A stretch of 64,000 bases of DNA from Candidatus Krumholzibacteriia bacterium (GTDB taxonomy: Bacteria > Krumholzibacteriota > Krumholzibacteriia > Krumholzibacteriales > Krumholzibacteriaceae). The stretch spans positions 64,001 through 128,000 of the forward strand of contig CAWIIQ010000004.1 of the NCBI GenBank assembly GCA_963836185.1, in the 5' to 3' direction. Below, in pieces: positions 41,703 through 51,122 of this stretch (position 1 is the first letter of the stretch; every line of letters begins with the position of its first letter). The translations under genes and the position numbers were made by a program. The notes under the pieces were generated by a model, which did no database searches, was not told the DNA's origin, and saw only the letters and a list, made by a program, of their open reading frames with translations.

Positions 41703-41798
41703 CTAAAAGCGTGAATAGATCCCCAGCAGCAGGAAAGCGGTTATCGCCGCGGCGTGCAGTATCCACCAGCCGGCGGTTCCCCTGCGAAGATTTTTCAT
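41703..41798 (-). CDS. 31-aa single-TM peptide (absent from the ORF track)
   Basis: MKNLRRGTAGWWILHAAAITAFLLLGIYSRF*; RBS ggagg 7 nt upstream; fills the gap between the upstream stop and the terminator. Confidence 0.7.
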   Translation of the reverse strand: MKNLRRGTAGWWILHAAAITAFLLLGIYSRF

Positions 41799-41801
41799 CG
41801 C

Positions 41802-42290
41802 TCAACCTCCCAGGAGCCTCCCGGCCGCGAAAACGGCCGAAACGTAGAAGAAATGCCGCGTCCACCAGCGCGGTGTGAACATCCTGCCCATTCCCAGGGG
41901 CCTGTAGTGATGGAGGATCCTCTGTCCGATGATCAGCTTTGGTATCGAGAGAAGTATGACCGGCAGCATGCTGTCGAAGATGATCGTATCGATCCCCGGC
42001 AGGCCGCTCCAGCCCGATATTCCGAGGTATCCCATCATCACCGTGCCTGTTATCACAGCGAAACCGTTTATGAGATAGCCGGTGAGCCATGTCTTCTCAC
42101 GTGAGAGAAGGATGGGTACAGCGATGACGCCTGCCAGGCCCAGGAGAAACGGGACGATATTGGCGTGGCTGGCCGGCGCGCCGGGAAGCGGGATCGGATG
42201 GTACCGCCAGTGCATGAGCAGCCCTCCGAGAGAGAGGAGCACGAGGGAGGCGAGCTCACCGCGGATAGATACTTTCGGCTCAGTCATCAT
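41802..42290 (-). CDS. His-containing polytopic membrane protein
   Basis: 4-5 TM segments; LSLGGLLMHWRYHP, RILHHY, TRHF. Confidence 0.75.
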   Translation of the reverse strand: MMTEPKVSIRGELASLVLLSLGGLLMHWRYHPIPLPGAPASHANIVPFLLGLAGVIAVPILLSREKTWLTGYLINGFAVITGTVMMGYLGISGWSGLPGIDTIIFDSMLPVILLSIPKLIIGQRILHHYRPLGMGRMFTPRWWTRHFFYVSAVFAAGRLLGG

Positions 42291-42750
42291 CCTCGGGTTC
42301 CTCATCCTCTTCTTCTTCCTCTTCCGGCACAGATGCGAACTCCCTGACCCACGTCATGATCGCTTTCACTTCCTCGTCCGAGAGGGGCGCCGCCATGATC
42401 GGCATCTTCTTGCCCTTCATCCCTTCTCCGCCGATGATCTTGAGAAGGAGATAGCTGCTCGACGGGTCGGTAGTATCGATGAGCATGTACTCGCTGTTCT
42501 GCGCACTCGGGACGTCGATCATGTTTTCAGGGATATCTTCAGCCTCGAGGCTCAGATCCTTCTTCGGATGATCGCCCCCATGACAGGTTGACGACGCGCA
42601 GCTGTTTCCGAAGATCTCCCTTACCCTGACATCGAGTTCATTCTCAACGGATTCTGTTTCAGTGGTATCCGGCTCTTCATCCTGGCCCGCGAATACGACG
42701 CCGGCTATAAAGGACAAGGCCAGCACACTTATCAGGATGTACCTTCTCAT
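42280..42750 (-). CDS. Secreted c-type cytochrome-like protein with CX4CH
   Basis: Signal peptide; IFGNSCASSTCHG, SYLLLKI, KKMP, IMTWV. Confidence 0.72.
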   Translation of the reverse strand: MRRYILISVLALSFIAGVVFAGQDEEPDTTETESVENELDVRVREIFGNSCASSTCHGGDHPKKDLSLEAEDIPENMIDVPSAQNSEYMLIDTTDPSSSYLLLKIIGGEGMKGKKMPIMAAPLSDEEVKAIMTWVREFASVPEEEEEEDEEPEDDD

Positions 42751-42779
42751 GCCATTGTCTCCTTTCCATACTGTTTCGG

Positions 42780-43791
42780 TCAGTCGAACAGTTCGATTTT
42801 TCCGCCGAAGTTTCCTGCAAACTCGAAGACATCGCCTGGAAGGGCGAAAACAGCCCTTACGCCTGGGGCGTCTTCACCGATACTCATTCCTTCTTCCGGC
42901 CCGAGAACGAACAGGCCGGTCGAGAGGGCATCTGACTCTGTTGCCGATGGAGCTATGACTGTTACTCCGAGTACATGATCGACGGTCTGGCCCGTGCGAG
43001 GATCGACGATATGCCCGTATTTTTTCCCGTCGATGACGACGAAGTTCTCATACTGCCCTGACGTGGCTACTGCCTCGTTACTTATCAGAAGCTTTCCTAT
43101 GATGCCGGACGGGTCCTCCGGGTCACGTATCCCGATAGACCATGCTTCCCGACCCGGAGGCGTTCCGATAGCGAACATGTTCCCGCCTAGATCGACCAGG
43201 GCGCTTTCCGCTCCATGATCCCTGAGAATAGCGACGCATCGGTCGACTGCGTATCCCTTGCCTATGCCTGCGAGGTCTATCGTCGCTCCTCCATGCAATG
43301 CGATCGAGGTATCCGCGGCGTTGAACACGATCTTCCGCCAGCCGACCTTCAGGAGGGCACCAAAGATCTCCTGACGCGACGGCAGTTTCGGTTCGCCTCC
43401 CTGGAATCCCCACAGCTTTACTACCGGCCGCGCGGTGACGTCGAATGCTCCTCCTGTCATCCTGCTGAATGAAACCGCCTTGTTGAGCAGCAGGAAGAGT
43501 TCCCGCGATACCTTGACCGGCTTGTTCTGCGCGTCACGGTTGAGCTCGCGAGATCTCGCTGTCCTCTTTCCACGTGCTCATGACCTCTTCGATGCGGTGC
43601 ATCTCGCGGACAGCAGACGCCGCTGCGGTTTCCGACTCTTCGTCAGTAAGCCCGTAGATCGTTATAGTCCCCCTCGTGCCCATCACGAAGGTCTGCTTGA
43701 CGAACGGCTCCTGCTCAGACGCGCAGGAGGGGAGGCCCGCCAGGCTTAACAGAAGAAGAAAGAGCACATGGAGAATACTGGTCATTTTCAT
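42780..43791 (-). CDS. apbE: FAD:protein FMN transferase; frameshift ~43545
   Basis: Lipobox LPSC, MGT, GAFDVT, DLAGIGKGYAVD, ATSGQYE, HIVDPRTG. Confidence 0.92.
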
Positions 43792-43792
43792 A

Positions 43793-45064
43793 TCAATATC
43801 CCGGCTTTCCGAGAAGGTTGAACATCCTCGTCTTGTATTCCTCGACACCGGGCTGGTCGAACGGATTTACTCCGATCAGCCTTCCAGACACGGCGATCGC
43901 CAGCTCGAAGAAGATGAACAGGGATCCTATCGCCGCCGGATCGATATGCTCGAGTTCCAGGGTCATCACGGGCAGTCCTCCTGCCATGTGCGCCGCCTTC
44001 GTCCCCTCGTATGCCTTGCGGTTGACCTCGGACAGAGATCTTCCCGCGATGTAATTTAGCCCGTCGAGATCCTCGCTGTCCATCGGGATCTCGATGTCCC
44101 TGTTAGGCCGGGCCGAGATGAGGAATGTCTCGAGGATCTTCCGCGAACCCTCCTGAAGAAGCTGGCCGAGTGAATGAAGATCGGTGGTCATTACTGTAGA
44201 GGAGGGATAGAGCCCCTTGCCTTCCTTTCCCTCCGACTCACCGGCGAGCTGTTTCCACCACTCGCATACCCACGACAGTTCGGGGTGGAAGGTGGAAAGG
44301 ACCTCTATCTCGATACCCCTGCCGTGCAGGAGCGCCCTGGAAAGGGCGTATCTCAGGGCTTCGTTGCCATGTTCCTCCCTCGTCCAACGATTCAGGCCGC
44401 TGCATGCTCCACTGACAATTTCACCGACCGGAATACCGGCAGCCGCGAACGGAAGGAGACCTACAGGGGAGAGGACGCTGAACCTTCCGCCCACATCGTG
44501 CGATATCGGGAATATCTTCCAGCCCTCGGTGCCTGCCATCTGCCGTAGGGCTCCCTTGACGGGATCGGTTATCGCGACGATCCTTTCATTGCATCCTGAA
44601 CGCCCGCAATCCTCGATCAGGCGGTTTCGGAGAAGCCTGAAAGCGACGGCCGGCTCGGTCGTAGTCCCCGATTTCGAGATGGCGCATATCGAGAAACGTT
44701 TCCCCTCGAGATAGTCAAGAAGGTCGGCATGGTATTCGGGAGAGAGCGAGTTCCCCGCGAAAAGTACGGGGAAGGGAGCGTGATTCTTGAGCGCCTCGAT
44801 GCCTGCTCTGGCGCCGAGGTATGAACCCCCGATGCCGACTACGACGAGGCAGTCGCTCTGGTCCTGGATCCGTTTACCTACGTCCTGGATCTCCTCGACA
44901 TCCCGGGGTGGAAGGCATGGGAGGGCAAGCCAGCCGAGCATGTCGGATCCAGCGCCCTCGCCCTTAATAAGAGAGCCCAGGGCCTCCATGGCCCCGGGCA
45001 TCCCGTTATTCAGATCGTCTTCAGTCAGGTGGGGAGCGAGTGTCCCCGTATCGAGAGTCAGCAA
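43793..45064 (-). CDS. pgi: Glucose-6-phosphate isomerase
   Basis: GIGGSYLG, SKSGTTTEP, DVGGRFSVLSPVG, NPFDQPGVEEYK. Confidence 0.95.
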   Translation of the reverse strand: MLTLDTGTLAPHLTEDDLNNGMPGAMEALGSLIKGEGAGSDMLGWLALPCLPPRDVEEIQDVGKRIQDQSDCLVVVGIGGSYLGARAGIEALKNHAPFPVLFAGNSLSPEYHADLLDYLEGKRFSICAISKSGTTTEPAVAFRLLRNRLIEDCGRSGCNERIVAITDPVKGALRQMAGTEGWKIFPISHDVGGRFSVLSPVGLLPFAAAGIPVGEIVSGACSGLNRWTREEHGNEALRYALSRALLHGRGIEIEVLSTFHPELSWVCEWWKQLAGESEGKEGKGLYPSSTVMTTDLHSLGQLLQEGSRKILETFLISARPNRDIEIPMDSEDLDGLNYIAGRSLSEVNRKAYEGTKAAHMAGGLPVMTLELEHIDPAAIGSLFIFFELAIAVSGRLIGVNPFDQPGVEEYKTRMFNLLGKPGY

Positions 45065-45078
45065 TTCAGATCTCCTTA

Positions 45079-46752
45079 TTAAGCATCCTCCAGGGCCTTT
45101 TCGACGAGACTTACCGTCTCTTCGGTATGTTTTACCACCTCGGCCCTGATCGCGCCCGCTTCCTTCGATATCTCGGCCTTGAATTTCTCGTCCTCGATGC
45201 CTGGGAGATTGATGATGACGTTAAGGTAGGCGCCTTCAGCCGCAGTACGCGCTGTCAGCGCAGCTACCCCCGCGTCACTCGATGAATTTGTGTTGCCCTT
45301 CTCGGCTACGATACGGGCCAGCCCTGCCGCTTCCTTCGTGCGTCTCAGGACGTTCATCGGGATGAGCGTCGCCTGCTTCGTGGTCTCCTCGATCGCCTCA
45401 GCCCTGGCAGCCTTCTGCTCGTCAGTCTTCTTTTTCATCCGCATCGCGTCCATGACCCTGTTGAATGCGTCTGTATCACGGTCGACGTCGGCAAGGAACT
45501 CGATCTTGAGCTTCTGCGCCTCGACTCCGACCCGCTCCATCTCGTCGAACGCCTCCTCGTAACCCTTCTTGCCGTGTGTAAGGGCCCCGACCATTGCCGA
45601 AAGAGCGCCGCTGAGGGCCCCGCATAACGCGGCGACGCTGCCGCCTCCCGGAGCCGGAGCGTCTGTCGAGAGGACGTCCGTGAAATGAGTCGCCGTCATT
45701 CCTACGAGGCTGTCATCGCGCCTCATGAAATACTCGATGATCTTCTTGTCCGGCTCGAACTCGTAGAGATCGCCGAGTCCCAGCGAGAGGATCGCTGAAT
45801 GAACGAGCTCCGAGTCGGGAACGCCAGTCGTCTTGCCCATCTTCTTGAGGTAGTGCCTGCCCGATTCGAGGAAAGCCTCGAGGGGGATCAGCCCGACGAG
45901 TTCGCTCCCCGTGACGCGCGCGCCCTGCTCGGCAGCTATCCGCTCACACTCGTCGAATACGAGGTGGGGAGGAGTGATCTTGTAGTTGGTCAGGTTGATC
46001 GATACCTGCGCCCTCCCGAAATCCTCCATGTACCATCCGACCGCCTTACATTCCTTGAAGATGCCCGGCTCCCTGACGGTCTTTCCATCTTTATCGCGGA
46101 AGAGCTTGTTATCCTTGTCCCGTTTCAGTCTCCCCTTCTCGCGAATCGTGAATGCGATCTCCCTGGCGACCTTCGTGTCACGTGTATTGAGGTTGACGTT
46201 ATAAGCGATGAGAAACTCTCTTGCGCCGATCACGGTCGCTCCCGCGCCGGCATTGAACTCGGCGGGCCCGAAATCGGGTTTCCACTGGGGATCGGCGAGC
46301 TTCGCCTCGAGGCCCTCATATTCACCCGCGCGGATATTGGCGAGGTTCTGCCTCTCCGGCGTAGCGGCGGCGTACTCGTAGAGGTAGACGGGGATGCCCA
46401 GCTCATCGCCGACCCGAGCACCAAGCTTCCGGGCCAGATCTGCGCAGTCGTCCATCGTCATGCCGCTGACGGGGATGAAGGGGCATACATCGGTGGCGCC
46501 CATCCTCGCGTGCTCGCCGCTGTGTTTAGACATGTCGATCACCTCGGCGGCCTTGCGGATCGCCCTGAACGCCGCCTCGACGACCTCGTCGGGAGTCCCG
46601 AGGATCGTAACGACCGTCCTGTTGGTGTCTTTGCCCGGGTCCACGTCGAGGAGCCTGACGCCCTCCACGCCCTTTATCTCACCTGTGATCTCATCGATTT
46701 TGGCCAGATCGCGGCCTTCGCTGAAGTTGGGTACGCACTCTACGAGTCTCAT
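45079..46752 (-). CDS. ftcD: Glutamate formimidoyltransferase / formiminotetrahydrofolate cyclodeaminase
   Basis: ECVPNFSEGR, HARMGATDVCPF, APGGGSVAA. Confidence 0.95.
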   Translation of the reverse strand: MRLVECVPNFSEGRDLAKIDEITGEIKGVEGVRLLDVDPGKDTNRTVVTILGTPDEVVEAAFRAIRKAAEVIDMSKHSGEHARMGATDVCPFIPVSGMTMDDCADLARKLGARVGDELGIPVYLYEYAAATPERQNLANIRAGEYEGLEAKLADPQWKPDFGPAEFNAGAGATVIGAREFLIAYNVNLNTRDTKVAREIAFTIREKGRLKRDKDNKLFRDKDGKTVREPGIFKECKAVGWYMEDFGRAQVSINLTNYKITPPHLVFDECERIAAEQGARVTGSELVGLIPLEAFLESGRHYLKKMGKTTGVPDSELVHSAILSLGLGDLYEFEPDKKIIEYFMRRDDSLVGMTATHFTDVLSTDAPAPGGGSVAALCGALSGALSAMVGALTHGKKGYEEAFDEMERVGVEAQKLKIEFLADVDRDTDAFNRVMDAMRMKKKTDEQKAARAEAIEETTKQATLIPMNVLRRTKEAAGLARIVAEKGNTNSSSDAGVAALTARTAAEGAYLNVIINLPGIEDEKFKAEISKEAGAIRAEVVKHTEETVSLVEKALEDA

Positions 46753-46848
46753 CGGGACTGTCACTCTCCTTGTCTTGATTGTAGATATCTGGCAATATGT
46801 CAGAAGGATATACACGGTCAGCCCGCAGGTCAAGCACAGAGGGGCTTT

Positions 46849-47619
46849 ATGAGATTCTACCTCAGCGTACCGTTGAGCAGGTTCGACGATATGTTCGATG
46901 ATGTCATAAAGGCCGGGTTCTGTCCCGAGGTCAGGATGACGAAGGCTGACTACCTCGCGAAGACGCCGATGTCGAGATTCGCCGAGATGAGGGATCTGCT
47001 GGAGAAGCGTTCGCTCAGGACTTTCACCCACGGTCCATTCTTCGGCCTCGATGTCGCCAGTCTCGATATCTGCCTCTCCGAGTACTCCGTCGACTGCCTC
47101 AATATCGGGCTGGAAGCGACTGCTGCGCTGGGCGGCAGCGTCATGGTGATGCATACCGGCTATCTTCCCCAGTTCTCACGGGGCGGGCGCAGGCACTGGC
47201 TGAGAAACTGGGCCGAGCGGATGCCGAAGATAGTCGAGCATGCTGAAAAGCTCGGGGTGACCCTGGCTCTCGAAAATACCTGGGACGACCGCCCGGAGAT
47301 AATGCTGCACCTGGCGGACATGCTCCCCGGCGACAATGTGAGGTTCTGCCTCGATACGGGACACGTCAACGCCTTCTCGCATCTGGGGATCAGCAGGTGG
47401 TGGGACATGATGGGAGATCGCGTAGTCGCGATGCACCTGCACGACAACGACGGCATATCCGACGATCACCTGGCCCCCGGTGAGGGGATCTTCGATTTCG
47501 AGACGCTGGCCGGGAAGCTAAACTGCCTCGAGACGATGCCTCTGCTCGATCTCGAGGTCGATCTGCCGAGGGCCCCGCGCGGCAGGGAATACCTTGAGAC
47601 CCTGCTTGCCGTTCTTTAA
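46849..47619 (+). CDS. Sugar phosphate isomerase/epimerase (AP-endonuclease-2 TIM barrel)
   Basis: HGPF, LENT, CLDTGH, HLHDNDG.SDDHLAPGEG. Confidence 0.88.
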   Translation: MRFYLSVPLSRFDDMFDDVIKAGFCPEVRMTKADYLAKTPMSRFAEMRDLLEKRSLRTFTHGPFFGLDVASLDICLSEYSVDCLNIGLEATAALGGSVMVMHTGYLPQFSRGGRRHWLRNWAERMPKIVEHAEKLGVTLALENTWDDRPEIMLHLADMLPGDNVRFCLDTGHVNAFSHLGISRWWDMMGDRVVAMHLHDNDGISDDHLAPGEGIFDFETLAGKLNCLETMPLLDLEVDLPRAPRGREYLETLLAVL

Positions 47620-47711
47620 GCATGTAAATTGACATGGGCCGGAAATTCCTCTACTGTAACCAGGCACAGGACAGGTAGCGGCATATTCGGCCAGTTCCAA
47701 GGGGTGCGGCA

Positions 47712-48953
47712 TTGGATTATCTTTTTCTCATAATCATACTCGGCATCTTCGCGGCAAATATCATATTTAATATCATATTCTCGCGAAGAAGGCGCGGCTC
47801 GGAAGCCGACCAGGAAAAGCTTCTTCGGGACGAGATGAAGCAGAATCGCGAGGAGATGACAAACACACTCGTCAGGCTGCTCGGAGAGATGCGCGAGTCC
47901 CAGAACGAACGCCAGGAGAGTATCGGTAAACGTATAGGCGAGCTGACCGAATCGAACGAGAAGGCCCTCGGCAGCATGAGGGACAAGGTCGAGGAGCGTC
48001 TGAAGGAGATACAGGACAGCAACGACAGGAAGCTCGAAAAGATGCGTGAGACTGTCGATGAAAAGCTCCAGAGCACGCTGGAAAAACGGATCGGCGAATC
48101 GTTCAAGCGTGTCAGCGAGCATCTCGAGGCGGTGCACAAGGGACTCGGTGAGATGAAGAACCTGGCAGATGGAGTAGGTGACCTGAAGAAGGTCCTTACT
48201 AATGTCAAGACACGGGGGACATGGGGAGAGGTCCAGCTCGGGAACATCCTCGAGCAGATAATGACACATGACCAGTACGGGACAAACGTCGCTACAAAGC
48301 CGGGATCTTCCGAGCGTGTCGAGTATGCCATAAAGCTGCCCGGTCCAGATGATGACCCTGATGTTGTTGTATGGCTTCCGATAGACGCCAAATTTCCCCA
48401 GGAGGACTATCTCAGGCTGGTAGAGGCTTCTGAAGCGGGGGATGTCGAGGCGGTCAACCAGGCGGCGGCTGCCCTCAGAGTATCCATTCTCGCTTCGGCT
48501 AAGGATATCAGGGACAAGTATGTCGATCCCCCGAACACGACCGATTTCGCTATCATGTTCCTGCCGACAGAGGGGCTCTACGCCGAGGTGCTGAGGCAGC
48601 CAGGCATGGTCGAACAGCTGCAGAGAGATATGCGTATAGTCGCGGCCGGTCCTACGACTCTGGCGGCTATACTCAGCTCGCTTCGGATGGGATTCAGGAC
48701 CCTGGCGATAGAAAAGCGTTCGAGCGAGGTATGGCAGGTTCTCAGGGCGGTCAAGACCGAATTCGGAAAGTTCGGCGAGGTTCTGGGCAGGCTGGGTAAG
48801 CAGCTCGATACAGCCAAGCGCACAGTCGACGCGACAGGCGTACGGACGAGGGCCATAGAGAAAAAGCTCAGGGGTGTCGAGACTCTTCCCGAATCCGACG
48901 CGACGAAGCTCCTGGAACTCCCCGATGAAGATTCTGAAGATCAGGATGAATAA
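47712..48953 (+). CDS. rmuC: DNA recombination protein RmuC
   Basis: KTRGTWGEVQL, PIDAKFP, TTDFAIMFLPTEGLY, GPTTL. Confidence 0.95.
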   Translation: MDYLFLIIILGIFAANIIFNIIFSRRRRGSEADQEKLLRDEMKQNREEMTNTLVRLLGEMRESQNERQESIGKRIGELTESNEKALGSMRDKVEERLKEIQDSNDRKLEKMRETVDEKLQSTLEKRIGESFKRVSEHLEAVHKGLGEMKNLADGVGDLKKVLTNVKTRGTWGEVQLGNILEQIMTHDQYGTNVATKPGSSERVEYAIKLPGPDDDPDVVVWLPIDAKFPQEDYLRLVEASEAGDVEAVNQAAAALRVSILASAKDIRDKYVDPPNTTDFAIMFLPTEGLYAEVLRQPGMVEQLQRDMRIVAAGPTTLAAILSSLRMGFRTLAIEKRSSEVWQVLRAVKTEFGKFGEVLGRLGKQLDTAKRTVDATGVRTRAIEKKLRGVETLPESDATKLLELPDEDSEDQDE

Positions 48954-49006
48954 TGTGATGGATATCCTGCTAGAACCATACAGGTAGATAACAGGAAGGA
49001 TATTCG

Positions 49007-49537
49007 ATGAATGTACCATCCAGACCTCCAGTGACGGGCACCAGGATAGCGGCAGGAGCGACAGCCGCCTGGCTTATCTTTCTGGCTGTTGATTTCGTGC
49101 TTCATGCGGGGATATTTGCGGGCTGGTGGAGGGCAACAGGGAGCTACTGGATGCCGCCGGCCGATCTTTTCCGTCTGATACCGTTCGCCTATGTAGCTTT
49201 TGCGATCCATTGCCTTGTCATGACCTGGCTGCTTGTCAGGATCCAGGGCGATGACAGGACCATCATATCGGCCGGCCGTTTCGGAGCGGCCGCAGGGCTC
49301 ATCCTGGGGGCTGTCATAGCTCTCAGCAATTACTCGGTCTTAAGGCTGCCGGTCTTATCCCTTCTGGTCTGGCCCGCTTCATTTATGATCGAATCAGCGT
49401 TCGCATGCGCGGCGGCATCATGGGTGCTGGACGCGCAGCGGCCCTGGAGGCGAGTGGCCATCGTGTTCGGGGCGGCTCTTGTCCTGATGATCATAGGTAT
49501 CGTTTTACAGAATCTGATCTACCCTGAACATGGATAG
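49007..49537 (+). CDS. Hypothetical membrane protein
   Basis: 5 TM segments, RBS aggaagga. Confidence 0.7.
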   Translation: MNVPSRPPVTGTRIAAGATAAWLIFLAVDFVLHAGIFAGWWRATGSYWMPPADLFRLIPFAYVAFAIHCLVMTWLLVRIQGDDRTIISAGRFGAAAGLILGAVIALSNYSVLRLPVLSLLVWPASFMIESAFACAAASWVLDAQRPWRRVAIVFGAALVLMIIGIVLQNLIYPEHG

Positions 49538-49549
49538 ACAGGAGCATAC

Positions 49550-50101
49550 TTGGAGACATATACCGAGCCGAAAGAACTCATCGATAATCCCTCCTTTCAG
49601 GAGCAGAGGCAGAAAACCCTGGCCGCTCTGAGTGATGATATGATCGACGCTCCGATCGTCGATCTGATTAACGACCTCAACAGGCTGCCGTTCTGTTTTA
49701 CCTTGCAGTGCTGCTACGGGCATTTCGTCTATGACGGCCGGAGCGATTCCCATAATCTGGAAGCACTGCCCGTAACGGATACTGTCAGTAAAGTCGATTA
49801 CAGGATCGCGTACATCTGTTTCTGCGTAGAAAACAGCGCTGCAGGGAGAGGATTTCTCAAGATCCTCAAGGGGATAACGGATATCGATCCGGATAACATC
49901 CAGCTCTGCTCCGCTGAATGGTTCTGGGAAAGACACGTAAATACCTACGCACTGCAGGTCGAACCTGACAGGTTCAAGCGCCAGGATACGGCCGAACTCG
50001 ATTTCCAGGAAGCCCTGCATGTCGAAAAGATACGCAATGAGTTCTTTTCCCGGCTGAGATCCTCCATTTCGGGTGGTGTGGCGGACAGGCGAGCCGATTG
50101 A
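49550..50101 (+). CDS. Hypothetical protein with TYW3-like N-terminal motif
   Basis: IDAPIVDLINDLNRLPFCFTLQCCYGH; TTG start after aggag. Confidence 0.7.
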   Translation: METYTEPKELIDNPSFQEQRQKTLAALSDDMIDAPIVDLINDLNRLPFCFTLQCCYGHFVYDGRSDSHNLEALPVTDTVSKVDYRIAYICFCVENSAAGRGFLKILKGITDIDPDNIQLCSAEWFWERHVNTYALQVEPDRFKRQDTAELDFQEALHVEKIRNEFFSRLRSSISGGVADRRAD

Positions 50102-50126
50102 ACGTTTTTGACGAGGGACCGAAGTA

Positions 50127-50786
50127 ATGAAATATGTCTTCGCTCCGGGATGCGCCCTCTATCTGTACAAGCCCCGCCTGATCGATAAACTCCACGATTT
50201 CCTCAACACGGCCTACGGCAAGATGGACCAGCTGGCCACATGCTGCCGCCACACTCCTCGGATCCCGCCTGATACAGTTGTCATCAATATATGCCCGGGA
50301 TGCGACAGGAGGTACCGCGAGAACTATGAAAATCCTCATACCGTATCCCTGTGGGAACTGCTGTCGGAAAATGACTCGTTTCCATTCCCGGACTATAAAT
50401 CGAAAGAGATGACGATAATCGATGCTTGTCCCACGAGGGACCAGGTCCGGGTCCACCGGGCAGTACGGGCCGTGGCGCGAAAAATGAACATATCTATTGT
50501 CGAACCGGATAAGACGGGAATTAAAAGCACCTGCTGTGGCGATACGTTCTTCGGGAATCTGCCGGCAGAAAAGGTGATTTTGCAGATGAAAGCGAAGGCC
50601 GCTGAAATGCCGCTCGAGGATATCCTCGTCTATTGTGTCTCATGTTCCAAGTCGATGTTCGTCGGCGGGAAACGGCCCGGATATCTTGTCGATCTGCTCT
50701 TCGGGGAGGACACAGAGCCGCAGACATATGATCCGGACGAGTGGCACGCGCAGCTCGATGAGTTTATCGACAGTCACAAGGATTGA
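50127..50786 (+). CDS. Cys-rich (CCG-like) Fe-S-binding protein
   Basis: APGC, TCCRH, CPGC, DACP, TCCG, YCVSC. Confidence 0.8.
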   Translation: MKYVFAPGCALYLYKPRLIDKLHDFLNTAYGKMDQLATCCRHTPRIPPDTVVINICPGCDRRYRENYENPHTVSLWELLSENDSFPFPDYKSKEMTIIDACPTRDQVRVHRAVRAVARKMNISIVEPDKTGIKSTCCGDTFFGNLPAEKVILQMKAKAAEMPLEDILVYCVSCSKSMFVGGKRPGYLVDLLFGEDTEPQTYDPDEWHAQLDEFIDSHKD

Positions 50787-50787
50787 A

Positions 50788-50928
50788 ATGGTGCGTGATC
50801 TGATGCTAAGCGTTACTCAGAGAAGATCGTTGTTTGTACTTTCGGGCCTGATGGCCGCGATGGCCCTCGCGGCGTCGGCAGCGGTATGGTTCAGTCGGGC
50901 GGGACCGCTGGATTCAGAGAAGGGTTAG
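50788..50928 (+). CDS. Putative small single-TM protein
   Basis: RRSLFVLSGLMAAMALAASAAVWF; fills the gap between co-oriented genes. Confidence 0.4.
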   Translation: MVRDLMLSVTQRRSLFVLSGLMAAMALAASAAVWFSRAGPLDSEKG

Positions 50929-50933
50929 AGGAA

Positions 50934-51122
50934 ATGGCGAGAGAAAGATCGATCAGAAAAGAGATAATCGCGCTCTGCGGTTCGATGGTAGTCGTCCTGC
51001 TCGGCGCGGCGCCTCTGTTCGACAGGCATAATGACGCACAGATACTGGCGATATTTTTTGGCGCTTTCGCGGCAGGGATAAGTTTCTATCGTCTGATCGA
51101 AAAAGTGCGGGAGAAAAAATGA
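50934..51122 (+). CDS. Small 2-TM membrane protein
   Basis: RBS gagga; two hydrophobic segments; coupled to the next gene. Confidence 0.6.
   Translation: MARERSIRKEIIALCGSMVVVLLGAAPLFDRHNDAQILAIFFGAFAAGISFYRLIEKVREKK

Noticed and set aside
45799-47619. 606-aa plus ORF and 691-aa minus ORF overlapping head-to-head
   Set aside because: Artificial upstream extensions; real starts are 46849 (+) and 46752 (-), which are divergent and do not overlap.
47616-49019. Long antisense ORFs (opposite rmuC; also opposite rnfC and 7817..9151)
   Set aside because: No recognisable motifs; typical shadows in GC-rich coding DNA.
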